Below are positions 47,257 through 57,543 of a DNA stretch of 64,000 nucleotides, piece by piece. How positions within the stretch are numbered: the stretch's first letter is position 1; every line of letters begins with the position of its first letter. The position numbers and the translations under genes are program-made. Under the pieces are notes generated by a model that saw only the letters and a program-made list of their open reading frames with translations, was not told the DNA's origin and made no database searches. The stretch covers positions 1 to 64,000 of the IMG/VR virus record IMGVR_UViG_3300010334_000023. One strand, 5' to 3'.

Positions 47257-47486
47257 CAGTCTCTCTCCACGTACTCAACAGTATTGTAGGTATAATAAGT
47301 CCTACCGTCAATATGTGCTCTATCCAGTACCCCCCTGAACACCAACTGTCTAGCCAGCTCTTGTTCTCGCTCATTAAGCTCCCTGCGCGGTAATGGACCT
47401 TCGTGACCTCGCACTCGTTCAGCCACCAGCATCTCGTCATTGCTGACTGGTACCATGAGACCTGCGGTGACTTCAATGAATCGCAT
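47256..47486 (-). CDS. hypothetical protein (L.ERE..LA.QLV..GVL.R)
   Basis: ORF in operon. Confidence 0.7.
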   Translation of the reverse strand: MRFIEVTAGLMVPVSNDEMLVAERVRGHEGPLPRRELNEREQELARQLVFRGVLDRAHIDGRTYYTYNTVEYVERD

Positions 47487-47489
47487 CTA

Positions 47490-48170
47490 TCACTTGCCCT
47501 TGGTCATGTCTTGACTGCTCTTGATCAGATCAGCTCCGATCGTTGCCAACGGAGTCAGTTCCTGTTTCTTGCTCTGACCAACCACAGTCTGAGGTGGGTT
47601 AGCATTGACATTGCTGCCTATCGCGCTCAGTAGTGCTCCTATCACATAGAAACGCGCTGCTTCAGCATTGCCTTTGTAAGCTGGCAGCTGTTCTGCCTGT
47701 GCTATCATCTTGCCCAGCATGTCAGCGCCCATGTCTTCCATTATAGTCTGATTTTCTTCGACAACAACAGGACCACTCTCCAGCCCTGCCAGCTGCATCA
47801 TGCGGTTAATCGCGGGCATGGCCTGCACTCCGCCCAACACACCTTCTTCGACCTTGCGGGTCACCTTGCTCTCATGTACCATCTTTAGATTCCCTTCGTG
47901 TATGATTCCCACAGTAGCTCTTGGTCCTTGGGCTATCCGCACTTCTGCTTCTCGGCCTTCGTATATCACCATGTCTCCGATCTCCAGACCCAAGAGCATG
48001 CTAGCATTTATCTTTTCTTGTTGGCTGAGATGATGCTTGGCTTGACGACTGAAACGATCAGCTGTGGTCTCATAGAGACCTTCTGAGCCATTGAGATCTA
48101 CTTGTGCGAACTTCTTGAGACGTCTCATGTCATCATCCTCCGAGGTTATGGTACGTATGAATTCAAGCAT
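47490..48170 (-). CDS. hypothetical protein (RM.QLAGL motif)
   Basis: ORF in operon. Confidence 0.7.
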   Translation of the reverse strand: MLEFIRTITSEDDDMRRLKKFAQVDLNGSEGLYETTADRFSRQAKHHLSQQEKINASMLLGLEIGDMVIYEGREAEVRIAQGPRATVGIIHEGNLKMVHESKVTRKVEEGVLGGVQAMPAINRMMQLAGLESGPVVVEENQTIMEDMGADMLGKMIAQAEQLPAYKGNAEAARFYVIGALLSAIGSNVNANPPQTVVGQSKKQELTPLATIGADLIKSSQDMTKGK

Positions 48171-48336
48171 TGGGATCGGCGTACCTTGGTTTCTTTATGG
48201 GGAACATTGGCTTGGGAAGCTTGGGCAGATCTCGCTGTGGCCCTACCTCGCGATCAACCTTGACCAGCTGACCATCCTTGCGGACCCAGGCTCGCTTGAT
48301 GCGCTTAACGCTTTCAAATACTTCATCCAGCAGCAT
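48163..48336 (-). CDS. 57-aa basic protein (MLLDEVFESVKRIKRAW...)
   Basis: Translated by hand; GGAG RBS and TAAATA upstream. Confidence 0.6.
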   Translation of the reverse strand: MLLDEVFESVKRIKRAWVRKDGQLVKVDREVGPQRDLPKLPKPMFPIKKPRYADPNA

Positions 48337-48379
48337 CTCATGCTCTCCCCAGTGTGATATTTAGTTGCTATTCATGCGA

Positions 48380-48401
48380 AAGGGCACCCGGAGGTGCCCT
48401 T
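48380..48401 (-). terminator. rho-independent terminator
   Basis: AAGGGCACC-TCCG-GGTGCCCTTT after the 48432 stop. Confidence 0.75.
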
Positions 48402-48431
48402 CCTGTAGTTCTAAACCTGTGGTTTGATCTA

Positions 48432-49214
48432 TTAGATCAAGCCGCCTGGTAGGTTGCCAACCAGTGCAGCCATCGTGTTGGTGAGGCTTGCGCTGCTGGT
48501 GTTCCAGGTGTTGACATATGGCGCAACAGTGTTCGTGGTAGCGAAATAGTTGTTGGTAGCATATGCGCTGCTGTTGGTTGAACCGCTGAGAACCTGAGTG
48601 CTCTGCGTGTCGTAGCAGTAAAGTCCGTCTAGACCGCCGTACAGGGAGTTGTTGCTGAGAACTAGGTAACCCTGGTTGTTGGTGTTGTCTGCGGTGCCGG
48701 TGTTATAGTTGTTATAACCATAGGCTTCCCAAACGTTGTTCTTTTCAGTGCTCACGGTCACAATGGTAATTGTGTAACCAGTGGTGTAGCTGCTACCAAA
48801 CACGCTCGAAACTGATGCGTTGTTATTGTAGTAGCCAGCCTGAGCAAAGTAAACGCTGGTGTGTGCGTTGATGGTAGCACCGTTGATGCTGCTTGGCAGC
48901 GTGCTGATGCCAACCTGGACAGGATTACCACGTCCTGCGAATGTGCTCACGAGGATGTTGTAGTTCTGTTGCTGATAGAAAGCATCGAGGTAGGTGTTTA
49001 GGCTGCTGTAGGTGATAGCTGTGCCTGCACCGTTGGTCACGGTCACGTTGGTCCATGTGCCAAGGGTAGCATAGGTCTGGTAACCAGGAAGGTCAACAAC
49101 TGGAGTGTCAACATTGGTCTGAGAAACCGGTACCAGGGTGGCGAATGCCCACCACTGTGGCTGTCCACTGAGGAACGAACCAGCGCGTGCGTTACCATTT
49201 ACTTGATCGGTCAT
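48432..49214 (-). CDS. Asn/Thr/Tyr-rich virion structural protein
   Basis: Strong AAGGAG RBS, TAAATA, own terminator. Confidence 0.7.
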   Translation of the reverse strand: MTDQVNGNARAGSFLSGQPQWWAFATLVPVSQTNVDTPVVDLPGYQTYATLGTWTNVTVTNGAGTAITYSSLNTYLDAFYQQQNYNILVSTFAGRGNPVQVGISTLPSSINGATINAHTSVYFAQAGYYNNNASVSSVFGSSYTTGYTITIVTVSTEKNNVWEAYGYNNYNTGTADNTNNQGYLVLSNNSLYGGLDGLYCYDTQSTQVLSGSTNSSAYATNNYFATTNTVAPYVNTWNTSSASLTNTMAALVGNLPGGLI

Positions 49215-49277
49215 TTTCTCTCTCCTTAAGAGTTAATGCAAAACTGCTTTGCGATGATATTTATGCCGAAACGTCTG

Positions 49278-49487
49278 TTAGATGCGCTTGCGGCTTTTCT
49301 TGGGTTTTTCTTGCTCTTCCTCGGATTCATCGTAAGGTATGTAACCAAAGAGGCTGGGTCTGCGGTTGATATTACCCATGGGATTGGCCACGCTGGCCAC
49401 ATTACCTGCCACAGTACCGCCACTGGTGCCGCTCTCTACTAGATCGAGGAACTGATCTTCTGGTTTCAATATATCTCTGATCTTCAT
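49278..49487 (-). CDS. small protein (E....GT.AG.VASV.NP, basic tail)
   Basis: Start MKIRDIL overlaps the upstream stop. Confidence 0.65.
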   Translation of the reverse strand: MKIRDILKPEDQFLDLVESGTSGGTVAGNVASVANPMGNINRRPSLFGYIPYDESEEEQEKPKKSRKRI

Positions 49488-50245
49488 GTCTTTGCTGCCC
49501 TTTTGAGGAGATGATCGGCTGCTGCTAGTCCTGCTGCTATGGCCAAGCCTTTGATGAAAGTCATCTCTGGTTTCTTCTGAGCTATCTGAGGAGTGGTCAA
49601 GCAACCTTTGCCCGATTCTGGATCACACACATCTGACAGTTCGTAGTGATTCTCGTGTGCTAGTTTCTGGAACTGTTGTATGATGTCGCCTCGGCGTGCC
49701 TTGGCACGCAGAGCCTGTAGCAACCTAGTCACGGTCAGCTTCTTTTGCTCGGTGTCCAGATGTCCAGTGTCCCATTCGCTAGCCAAACGGCGCACGCTGC
49801 GATAGTTGCTGGTGGTGACATGCAGCTGCTGCTCTAGGTTCAACAGCAGCCTCTTGGCTGCGGCACCATCATAGCTGCTACGAGTCATCTGGTTCAACAG
49901 CTGCTTGACCGTGTTGGCATTAAAATGCACTTCATGCCAAAAGAGATCGTTGGCTTTTGGATTCTTGAGATCAAGTGCCATGCCGCTATCGTGATCGCGC
50001 AGCACTCTGAGAAATTGATAGAGATCAGTATTCTGTCGGTCGTCGCGGTCAAATCCGTTGTGGCTCATGGTACGACGAGCATATGCCTGCGCAAATGGTG
50101 CCGTGTCAAATTCGCAGCGCATGATATGCATGGCCAACAAGTAGAGAAAAGCAAGATCTGCCATCTCTTTGGCATTGTAATCGCTGGCATGGCTGGTCCT
50201 AAACAGGGTGTTTTCGCCCAGCATCCCTAGGAAAGCCAAGCTCAT
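49484..50245 (-). CDS. hypothetical protein
   Basis: ORF in operon. Confidence 0.7.
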   Translation of the reverse strand: MSLAFLGMLGENTLFRTSHASDYNAKEMADLAFLYLLAMHIMRCEFDTAPFAQAYARRTMSHNGFDRDDRQNTDLYQFLRVLRDHDSGMALDLKNPKANDLFWHEVHFNANTVKQLLNQMTRSSYDGAAAKRLLLNLEQQLHVTTSNYRSVRRLASEWDTGHLDTEQKKLTVTRLLQALRAKARRGDIIQQFQKLAHENHYELSDVCDPESGKGCLTTPQIAQKKPEMTFIKGLAIAAGLAAADHLLKRAAKT

Positions 50246-51396
50246 GGTTGATCTTCCTTCTTCATGAAGTGGGGACGGTTTACCAGCTTGATCTTGCCAC
50301 TTGGCGTGTCTGCTACATAACCCTCGTGACCTGGCACGTCTCGCAGATCTGCTCTGACCGTGCCACCAACCTGCCTATCCACATTGCTCTTCAATAGATC
50401 TTTGAGCTTGGTCAGCTGATCAGCAACCATCCATGTGGCACCATAACCTTTGGTATTCTCAGCAATCCAAGCCAGTAGATTTTCGCGTTTGCGGTCAGTG
50501 AGATCTTTGCTATTGGTCTTGGCCCATGCCAAGAAACCATTGGCAGCATCTTCCAAACCGTGAGTACCAGCATAGGCCCTGCTGTTCACATATTTCTTCA
50601 TTAGGTCTGGTAGATTAGTAAGCTGCCTTGCTGCCAAGCTAGCGGGATCTAAGAACTTATCTATACTAGCACTGTTGCTGTTGATGAAATTGCGCAGCGT
50701 TGTGATTGATTTGGTTGGCAGTGCAGTGCTTTCAAGATCTCGTATCTCTGGACCCATTATCACCAAACCCGGCGGCTCACGCAGACCACTGCTTTCAATA
50801 TCGCCAATTGCACGTGGTTCATCATCTTCTCTGCTGTCAAATCTACTGTGTACAGCAATACCAGCCCGGCTCTTGGCAATGCGCTTGCCTAAGGGGCTGT
50901 CCACAGGGATGCGATAGGTTATCTTGCTGGGCTTGAAAACATAATGACCATCTACCACTTCTGGGGTCTTGGTCCATAGCACGTCTCCCGTAAGGTATTC
51001 CTGCTTATCCTTGGGCATTGCTCGTTCCAGCATGCCATATAAACCTGCTATGCTACTTGCGTAATCTTGCCTGCCAGGATCATTTGGCTTGCGCATGAAC
51101 AGCATGGAGTTTAGATCACTGGCGCTACGAGGCATACCGCCTGGTTTCTTGCTGCCAAATCCGCTCTTGTCGGTGACTGTAAAACCGTCAGCATCGCGCC
51201 CAAATATCAGCGCAGGACTACCATCCCACTTGATGGTAACCGTGTGAGGTTGTTCAGCAGCTTGAATGAGAGCATTTAGAGCACGCTTGGCACCAGCAGA
51301 ACCTTCTTCAAACACTAGATCTTCTGGATGATCAATCCTAGCCTTGGCTTCTGTGATGAACCAACGCTGAGGTATCAGTATGTCATGATGTCTCAT
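50242..51396 (-). CDS. DUF6267-like protein with ligase/capping-type nucleotidyltransferase motifs
   Basis: RIDHPED, TIKWDG.PA..FG, GD.L, EGYV, KLVNR. Confidence 0.65.
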   Translation of the reverse strand: MRHHDILIPQRWFITEAKARIDHPEDLVFEEGSAGAKRALNALIQAAEQPHTVTIKWDGSPALIFGRDADGFTVTDKSGFGSKKPGGMPRSASDLNSMLFMRKPNDPGRQDYASSIAGLYGMLERAMPKDKQEYLTGDVLWTKTPEVVDGHYVFKPSKITYRIPVDSPLGKRIAKSRAGIAVHSRFDSREDDEPRAIGDIESSGLREPPGLVIMGPEIRDLESTALPTKSITTLRNFINSNSASIDKFLDPASLAARQLTNLPDLMKKYVNSRAYAGTHGLEDAANGFLAWAKTNSKDLTDRKRENLLAWIAENTKGYGATWMVADQLTKLKDLLKSNVDRQVGGTVRADLRDVPGHEGYVADTPSGKIKLVNRPHFMKKEDQP

Positions 51397-53246
51397 CTAG
51401 GGGCCTGCCTAACAGGTGGTGTCGTGACCTGCTTGGTTATGCTGGCTGCCAGAGTCTTGTAGCGCGGATCAGTGGGCATGATCTTCTCACCGTTAACCGT
51501 GATCGGTTCAGGTGTGCCTGTTGGTTGTGCTACAGGCGCAACAGGTTCTTTGTTGTCGGGCTGTGCCTGTGGAACATCAGTTGCCGGTTTGGCCAGCTTG
51601 GCTTTGAGATCCTCTAGATATTTGACCGCAGCATCAGGTCCTTGTGTGTGTAATATCTCATTGACCTTGGCATCTAGCTGGCTATTAGCTGTCTTGATGC
51701 CAGGTTGTGCCTTCTTGGCTGCTTTTACCATGGGAGCTGGTTTGCGAGGGGCAGGAACGGGAATCTTCTGTGTGCCAAAGGCAGAGTTGACCACATCAGC
51801 TGGTATGCCGATCTTGACCATCAGCGCATGTATAGCATCGCTATCTGTGGGAGATCCGCCATTCTTCCAAGCTTTTTCTAGCTTTGCTGCGGTGAACTGA
51901 TGCATAACTTCTTTGCTCTGCTTGGCAGCCCATGATCCGATCTTTCCCACTGCTCCCTTGATGTCAACTTCGCTGAGGTTGCGTGCGTCAGCAGCCACAG
52001 ATGCCGCGTTACCGCTCTGAGGTGCTGGTGGTTTCTCTCTGGCAGCAGGAGCTGCTGCTGCTCCGCCCTGTGTGGCTGCTTCCAATCCCTTGGAGATTGC
52101 CTGCACTTTGCGCATGAAGTCATCTTGGCTTTGCTCTATGGCCCTGTTAAACTCGTTGACATCAGCTAGATCCTTGCCTACGAAGTGACCCGACCATGAC
52201 AGCATCTTTGATTTGTCATCTTCGCTGGCATTCTGCAACACACTTTGATCCCAACCAATGTCCTTGTGCACGTTCCAATTTTGGTCTGCCACACCCTTGA
52301 GCAGGCTGTTGGCCTTGTCTATGTCACCGTCAGCCATGGCATCGTGTATCTTGTCCCAGGTGCTCTGCAGACGGTTTATGTCGGCAGGACTGCCCATGAC
52401 GTCAAGATAGAGATGTTTAACGAGGTCTTTGCCCGTCTCGGGATCGGTAGTCTTGATGTCCACCATCTCTCTGAAGCTGCTGAGCCAAACTTCCTTCTTG
52501 CCTGCGTCTGTGGTGACCACGAAATTGTGTATGACTGGATCGCCAAACAGATGTGCCAGCTCCTTGATGCCCATGCCTGCGATGTATGCCATAAGTCCTG
52601 ATGAAGCACCCTTGAGCAATGCCCCGCTAAGCTTTTCGCCCTTGAGCAGGCTGTTCAGCGTTCGTAGTATGAATCCTGCCACTGCGCCTGCACTGGCGCT
52701 CACTGCTGCCCCCGTGGCACTGCCACCGAGGAATGTGTAGCCAGCAGCTGTTAATCCAGTCGCAGCTGGTGCTGCTATCACGCTGACCAAGGCTGTGAGC
52801 GCTGCCAATACCAATGCCTGTTTGACTGGATTTTTCTTAGCCCATTCTGCGTATTTCTCGAGGCTGGTTACTGCCTGTGGGAATTTCTTGCCTATGGCTG
52901 TCTTGATCTGACCCATGGCCTTGTCAGCAGCGGCATCGAAGTTCTTGACTGGTTTGGTGTCCTGTGCTGCTGCTATTAGGCGATCCTTGTAGTCATTGAT
53001 GGTCTTGAGTCCCTTGGCACCAATGACAAGGCCCTTGCCGGCCGTGCCAAGCACCTTGCCAGCTGTGGTAGTGGCCTTGACCATCTTCTGCTCAAGATCA
53101 CCAAACAGGCTCTTGACTTGGTCTGGTGACAGTTCTGCTTCCCTGAGCACAGTGCTGTGTATGGCCAGTCCCTGCATCAACACTGCCATCTCCAGTATGG
53201 CTCTGTCGTTTGGCTCTATAAACGTGCGGAATTCTCTGGCTCTCAT
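51393..53246 (-). CDS. large Ala-rich protein with central hydrophobic segments (possible ejection protein)
   Basis: TM-like core; MRAREF N-terminus. Confidence 0.65.
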   Translation of the reverse strand: MRAREFRTFIEPNDRAILEMAVLMQGLAIHSTVLREAELSPDQVKSLFGDLEQKMVKATTTAGKVLGTAGKGLVIGAKGLKTINDYKDRLIAAAQDTKPVKNFDAAADKAMGQIKTAIGKKFPQAVTSLEKYAEWAKKNPVKQALVLAALTALVSVIAAPAATGLTAAGYTFLGGSATGAAVSASAGAVAGFILRTLNSLLKGEKLSGALLKGASSGLMAYIAGMGIKELAHLFGDPVIHNFVVTTDAGKKEVWLSSFREMVDIKTTDPETGKDLVKHLYLDVMGSPADINRLQSTWDKIHDAMADGDIDKANSLLKGVADQNWNVHKDIGWDQSVLQNASEDDKSKMLSWSGHFVGKDLADVNEFNRAIEQSQDDFMRKVQAISKGLEAATQGGAAAAPAAREKPPAPQSGNAASVAADARNLSEVDIKGAVGKIGSWAAKQSKEVMHQFTAAKLEKAWKNGGSPTDSDAIHALMVKIGIPADVVNSAFGTQKIPVPAPRKPAPMVKAAKKAQPGIKTANSQLDAKVNEILHTQGPDAAVKYLEDLKAKLAKPATDVPQAQPDNKEPVAPVAQPTGTPEPITVNGEKIMPTDPRYKTLAASITKQVTTPPVRQAPR

Positions 53247-53932
53247 TCTGCACCTCTGAGGGCTTGTATGGCTGCCATGGCAGCATCTATGTCAGTGGCA
53301 CTGGCTGTCATCTTTGGTTCCTCTGTGGCCGAGCCAGTTGATTTGGCCGAAGTTGATTTCTGTGTGGTGGTCCTGGGTTTGGATGCTGCTGGTGTTTCAG
53401 GCTGTGCTGTGCCACCGGCTGCATCGCCAAACTCCTCCATCTCCATCTTGCGAACAGCTGCTATTCCTATGAGCTTATCCAATATCATCTCAGCTGTCTT
53501 AGCGTCTGTGATCTGCCATACTCGTTCAATGGTATTACCAGCCGTGTTAAGCTGAGCAGGACTTAGCCTCGGCGGTGTCTTTACATTAGCACCCAGCAGT
53601 TTCTTGTTGGTGCTCAGTGCCTTGACTATGCCTGATATCTCAGAATCTGGTAAGCCCATGTTCTTGCGCATGTAGTAATAGATGGCTCTAGTCGGAAGCT
53701 GTTCTATGTTCTTGGTGCTGATAGGATTGTCATCCCCATCTTTGTAGCGTCCTGCTAGCTGCATCATCACAGCCAAATGCCGTGCGATGTTCTTGGTCAT
53801 CTCAGCTTCGCCACCTGCTGCCGACCTATCGTTTTTTGGAACTACTCCAACCAGCCACTGGCGCAGCCCAGCCCATACTTCATCTAGCTCTTCGGCTTCC
53901 AGTGGCACGAATGTAAATTCGCTGACTCTCAT
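53243..53932 (-). CDS. hypothetical (probable internal head) protein
   Basis: MRVSEF...EELDE N-terminus. Confidence 0.65.
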   Translation of the reverse strand: MRVSEFTFVPLEAEELDEVWAGLRQWLVGVVPKNDRSAAGGEAEMTKNIARHLAVMMQLAGRYKDGDDNPISTKNIEQLPTRAIYYYMRKNMGLPDSEISGIVKALSTNKKLLGANVKTPPRLSPAQLNTAGNTIERVWQITDAKTAEMILDKLIGIAAVRKMEMEEFGDAAGGTAQPETPAASKPRTTTQKSTSAKSTGSATEEPKMTASATDIDAAMAAIQALRGAE

Positions 53933-54180
53933 CGTTCCGTACCTCTTAGATCCTTGATCTTCCTCGAGAACTTGCGCTGATCCTCGCTGATTATGCTGCG
54001 ATGTAGTCTCTTGATCAGATCCTGCGCATCTTCTTCGCTGTAACTCTCACGAATCAGCTGCACCAGGTTGATAGCACTGGCAATGATGTGGCTAGCACGG
54101 CTTTCTATAACCGTGTGTTTGCTCTTGGCAGGGACGAACCTATCAAGTTCGTCAATGAAGCTGTTGATCTTGTCTGCCAT
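53929..54180 (-). CDS. hypothetical protein (IESRA.HII.SAINL)
   Basis: TAAATA upstream. Confidence 0.7.
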   Translation of the reverse strand: MADKINSFIDELDRFVPAKSKHTVIESRASHIIASAINLVQLIRESYSEEDAQDLIKRLHRSIISEDQRKFSRKIKDLRGTER

Positions 54181-54261
54181 GCTGACCCTCTGTAAACGCC
54201 GATTATTTAGCGATGTCACAGTAACAGATAAATACCATTTAGCACATGCAAGGAAAGAACC

Positions 54262-54729
54262 ATGAACATTACCCTAGACTCAGATGCCATGCGCGAGCTG
54301 ATGAGACGCCTTGCTGTGGTCAATGAAGCTGACGACAATCCCAGCATATTGAATAACGAACCTCAGACAGACAACGCTGTGCCCGATGATGGCAACAGCG
54401 AAGCCATGCCAGCTGAACCAGAAACAGGCAGCGAGGATCAAACCAAAGATGATAGCGAGATCACTGACGTGATGACTGAACCACGCAGCGATAAATCTGC
54501 GAAATTCAGCGTGGGTAGCCTAGCAGGTGATCTTGGCATACAAAACACAGAACTATTCAAAGCTGCTTTCAATCAGCTGCGCAGCGGAACCGAGCCAACT
54601 GATCAAGATCAGATCAAAGAGCTGGCTGCAGCATTTACCAAGTTAATGAGCACAGACACCAGCACTGCTCAGAAAGTTGTGAACCGCCTGCGCTCTATCT
54701 ACAATCGCCCTGTGAAAGCTAGCGCCTAA
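54262..54729 (+). CDS. acidic hypothetical protein
   Basis: TAAATA and AAGGA upstream. Confidence 0.7.
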   Translation: MNITLDSDAMRELMRRLAVVNEADDNPSILNNEPQTDNAVPDDGNSEAMPAEPETGSEDQTKDDSEITDVMTEPRSDKSAKFSVGSLAGDLGIQNTELFKAAFNQLRSGTEPTDQDQIKELAAAFTKLMSTDTSTAQKVVNRLRSIYNRPVKASA

Positions 54730-56164
54730 TAAGGCTGGTCAAGCTGCTGAGCTGTCCTAGGCTCTTGCTGACATCTACCTGAGGTCTTGCAGCACCAGGA
54801 GTGTCTGTCATGCCCTTGGGCGGAGGATTTAGATTCTTCCTGCGCAGATCATTGAACACGTCAGCACCAGCTCCGCCGCCACCCTGCAGCATGTTCTGCT
54901 GTTCCTCATCTAAGTCAAAAATCTTCAGCGTGTTCTGATCAAAGCCCAGATAGACTTTGCTGCCAACACCGCTAGAACTGCGTGTTTTTAGAAACTGTAT
55001 CTGATACTGTCCGCGCTCTTTCATTGCCGCGCTGGCAAAGATGGATATCACGTTATCAGCTGTCTGGATCTTGGAGATACCACCACTGATCATGCTGTGA
55101 TCATGTTCCTGTTCCTGCGTGGCACTTCTGTTCAACTGACTGGCTGTCACACAGACCATGTTGCGTTCAACCGCAAGTCCACGAAGTTCTTCAGTGACAA
55201 ACTTGTCCTTGATGAACAGGTCACTGGGATTGATCTTCTTGTTGTTGGGATAGAGCAGATCCAAGTAATCCACTACGATCACGTCACAGCGTTTCTGCGT
55301 TTCAATCTCATAGTTCTTGAGATAGGCTTTGATATCGTTCACAGTGCTACCCTGTGGTAGCTGTCGTACATGTAACAGCCCACTCTTGCGCTGTGCTGCT
55401 TTGACCTTGAGCTCAACCGTGTCTAGATTGCGGAAGATCTCTTTGCTACCAACCTCAGTGAGCATGCTATCCATGCGCATGGATGTGAGCTCTTCACTAA
55501 GTTCTAGCGTGATGTATACCACGTTCAGACCCTGCTTGACCATGTTCAAGCTCATGTTCTGCAGGAACAAGCTCTTGCCCACACCAGAACCTGCGCACCA
55601 GATGGTTATCTCACCTCTGTTGATGCCACCATACAGCTTGTCATCCACAGTCTTCCAACCAGTGGTACACTGCCCATTCTTGTCCTTGATCTTCAGCAAT
55701 CTGGCGCGCGGATCTTCAAAGTAGTTGGTACCGAGATCGCTCTGCAGGCTGACCAATATGGCTTCCCTGACCAGCTTCTCTACTTCGCCATAGTTGCCCT
55801 TGTCTATGAGATCAGCACTGCTCAGCACCGCGTCTGCCAGTGCTCTGTTCTTGCAGAACCCTTCAATCTCATCCAAGAACGCATCCTGATGTCCAGGACT
55901 GATGTCACCTATGTGTGCGAAATCCAGCCCAGTCTCGGCATTGACCTGTTCTATCTTAGGAAGCACACGATATTCTTCTGCGTGCTTGACCATGTAGCGC
56001 ACAGCTGGTCGCAGCTTGTTAATGAAGTACTTGGGATTGACGATGTTCACACAGCGCGTGAAGATGTCTTCGCTGCTTAACAGCACGTTGATCAGCAGCT
56101 TCTGCTTGTCTTCGTTGTAGTCAGTGACAGTCTCTTGCTCTTCGTTACCAAATCTATCAGCCAT
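54719..56164 (-). CDS. replicative DnaB/gp41-like helicase
   Basis: AGSGVGKS, YITLEL, VVDYLD, TASQLNR, KTR. Confidence 0.92.
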   Translation of the reverse strand: MADRFGNEEQETVTDYNEDKQKLLINVLLSSEDIFTRCVNIVNPKYFINKLRPAVRYMVKHAEEYRVLPKIEQVNAETGLDFAHIGDISPGHQDAFLDEIEGFCKNRALADAVLSSADLIDKGNYGEVEKLVREAILVSLQSDLGTNYFEDPRARLLKIKDKNGQCTTGWKTVDDKLYGGINRGEITIWCAGSGVGKSLFLQNMSLNMVKQGLNVVYITLELSEELTSMRMDSMLTEVGSKEIFRNLDTVELKVKAAQRKSGLLHVRQLPQGSTVNDIKAYLKNYEIETQKRCDVIVVDYLDLLYPNNKKINPSDLFIKDKFVTEELRGLAVERNMVCVTASQLNRSATQEQEHDHSMISGGISKIQTADNVISIFASAAMKERGQYQIQFLKTRSSSGVGSKVYLGFDQNTLKIFDLDEEQQNMLQGGGGAGADVFNDLRRKNLNPPPKGMTDTPGAARPQVDVSKSLGQLSSLTSLIRR

Positions 56165-56507
56165 TTATATCCATCCTCACGATGTCATCTTCCGCACAGT
56201 CAGTTCCATACTGTATCTCTATCATGCGCAGTTCTTGGTCACTGGTATTGCAGAGCTGATGCCAAGATTCTCTGTGTATCCACAAGTGTTGATGTCTACC
56301 AAAAACCCCAACTAGTTCTGAGTTGTTGCTGTCATTTAAGCTGTACACAGTGGCTTGCCCATGAGACACGAACCAAAGCTCAGATCGCAGAGCATGTTTC
56401 TGCATGCTCAGTCGCTTGCCAGGTTCCACTACTAGTTCCTTGAGCTTGACCCCACAACCGTCAGTGTGCAGAACCGTGTAATGTCCCCATGTTCTGTCAA
56501 CCCTCAT
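56157..56507 (-). CDS. mannose-6-phosphate isomerase type II C-terminal cupin
   Basis: R.WG.Y, V.PG..LS.QKH..RSE.W, IEIQ.G....EDDI.R. Confidence 0.85.
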   Translation of the reverse strand: MRVDRTWGHYTVLHTDGCGVKLKELVVEPGKRLSMQKHALRSELWFVSHGQATVYSLNDSNNSELVGVFGRHQHLWIHRESWHQLCNTSDQELRMIEIQYGTDCAEDDIVRMDING

Positions 56508-57523
56508 CTAAACATCTTCCTCTTGGTACCAATCTGCAGTGCGCTCTGCGTCTTGCTGTCTATTATTGTACGCAGGGTAAACAGTTTTCCATAGCGGCAA
56601 CTGGCATCTGCTGCGTCTTTTATGTCGTCTTCCCAGTCAGGAAAGCTCACGCTCCAACCCTGGTCAAGAGCCACGTCTATCAGACCTTGGTTATTCTTCT
56701 GCCTGTCTGGTACCACTATGATCTCACGGTCTGTGCTGTTGAGCCAGCTTAGCTGCTGCTTGCTGAGCTTGCTGCCCAGTGCTGCCACACCATCTACAGC
56801 AATAGCATCAAATGGTCCCTCAACTAGTATGATGTATTTACGAGTGCCTTTGGTTATGGCATCACAGTTGAAAAGATAGCCAGTCTGTAGATCGCTGTTG
56901 TAATATCTAGGTGTCCCACTGGGAGGTGTGCCAGCATATCTGGCAGTCCAACCCACTATCTTGTCACGATAGTAGAAAGGTATGATGATGCGCTGATCCA
57001 AGTTCCACTTGGTACTGGGCGTCCAATGATAGTCCCAGCCCTCACCAACTGCTGTGCCTCTGCTGATCAGATACTCCACGCAGACACCAAACTCTGCGCT
57101 GAGGTCATCATCTTCCATGATTGTTTGGATGGGCCTTGCGTTTTCTGGCAGTGACACTTCCTTGAAGTCATGCAGGAAGTTTAGCTCGTTGTGATCATTC
57201 ACGGTAGTCACACCGTTGAGCTTGTTCTGCAGGACTTCCAGCTTGACCTTACGTATGTCCTCGCTGGGCATGCCCATCCAGTCCATGAGGTTCTCAAAAT
57301 TCCTGCTGATGTTGACGTTGTCAAACACAGTCTTGAAACCACAGTTGTAGCAGTTATAGGCTATGTGTCCGTCTGGTAGTATCAGCATGTTACCACGCAT
57401 GCGCGTGTCGTGCTTATGTCCGCGATGGCTGCAGCAAGGTGCGTTGAACATCAACCAGCCGCGCGGACTGGTCTTGCGCTTCTGTGGTAGGTTTTCAGCT
57501 ACTAATTGATGCATCAGGGCCAT
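56504..57523 (-). CDS. DNA primase (gp61-like)
   Basis: PCC.H...YNCYNCG Zn motif, RIIIPF, G.TAR, VEGPFDA, PD.......G, KD. Confidence 0.9.
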   Translation of the reverse strand: MALMHQLVAENLPQKRKTSPRGWLMFNAPCCSHRGHKHDTRMRGNMLILPDGHIAYNCYNCGFKTVFDNVNISRNFENLMDWMGMPSEDIRKVKLEVLQNKLNGVTTVNDHNELNFLHDFKEVSLPENARPIQTIMEDDDLSAEFGVCVEYLISRGTAVGEGWDYHWTPSTKWNLDQRIIIPFYYRDKIVGWTARYAGTPPSGTPRYYNSDLQTGYLFNCDAITKGTRKYIILVEGPFDAIAVDGVAALGSKLSKQQLSWLNSTDREIIVVPDRQKNNQGLIDVALDQGWSVSFPDWEDDIKDAADASCRYGKLFTLRTIIDSKTQSALQIGTKRKMFR

Positions 57524-57543
57524 GCCTGATTATAGCATCAGTG

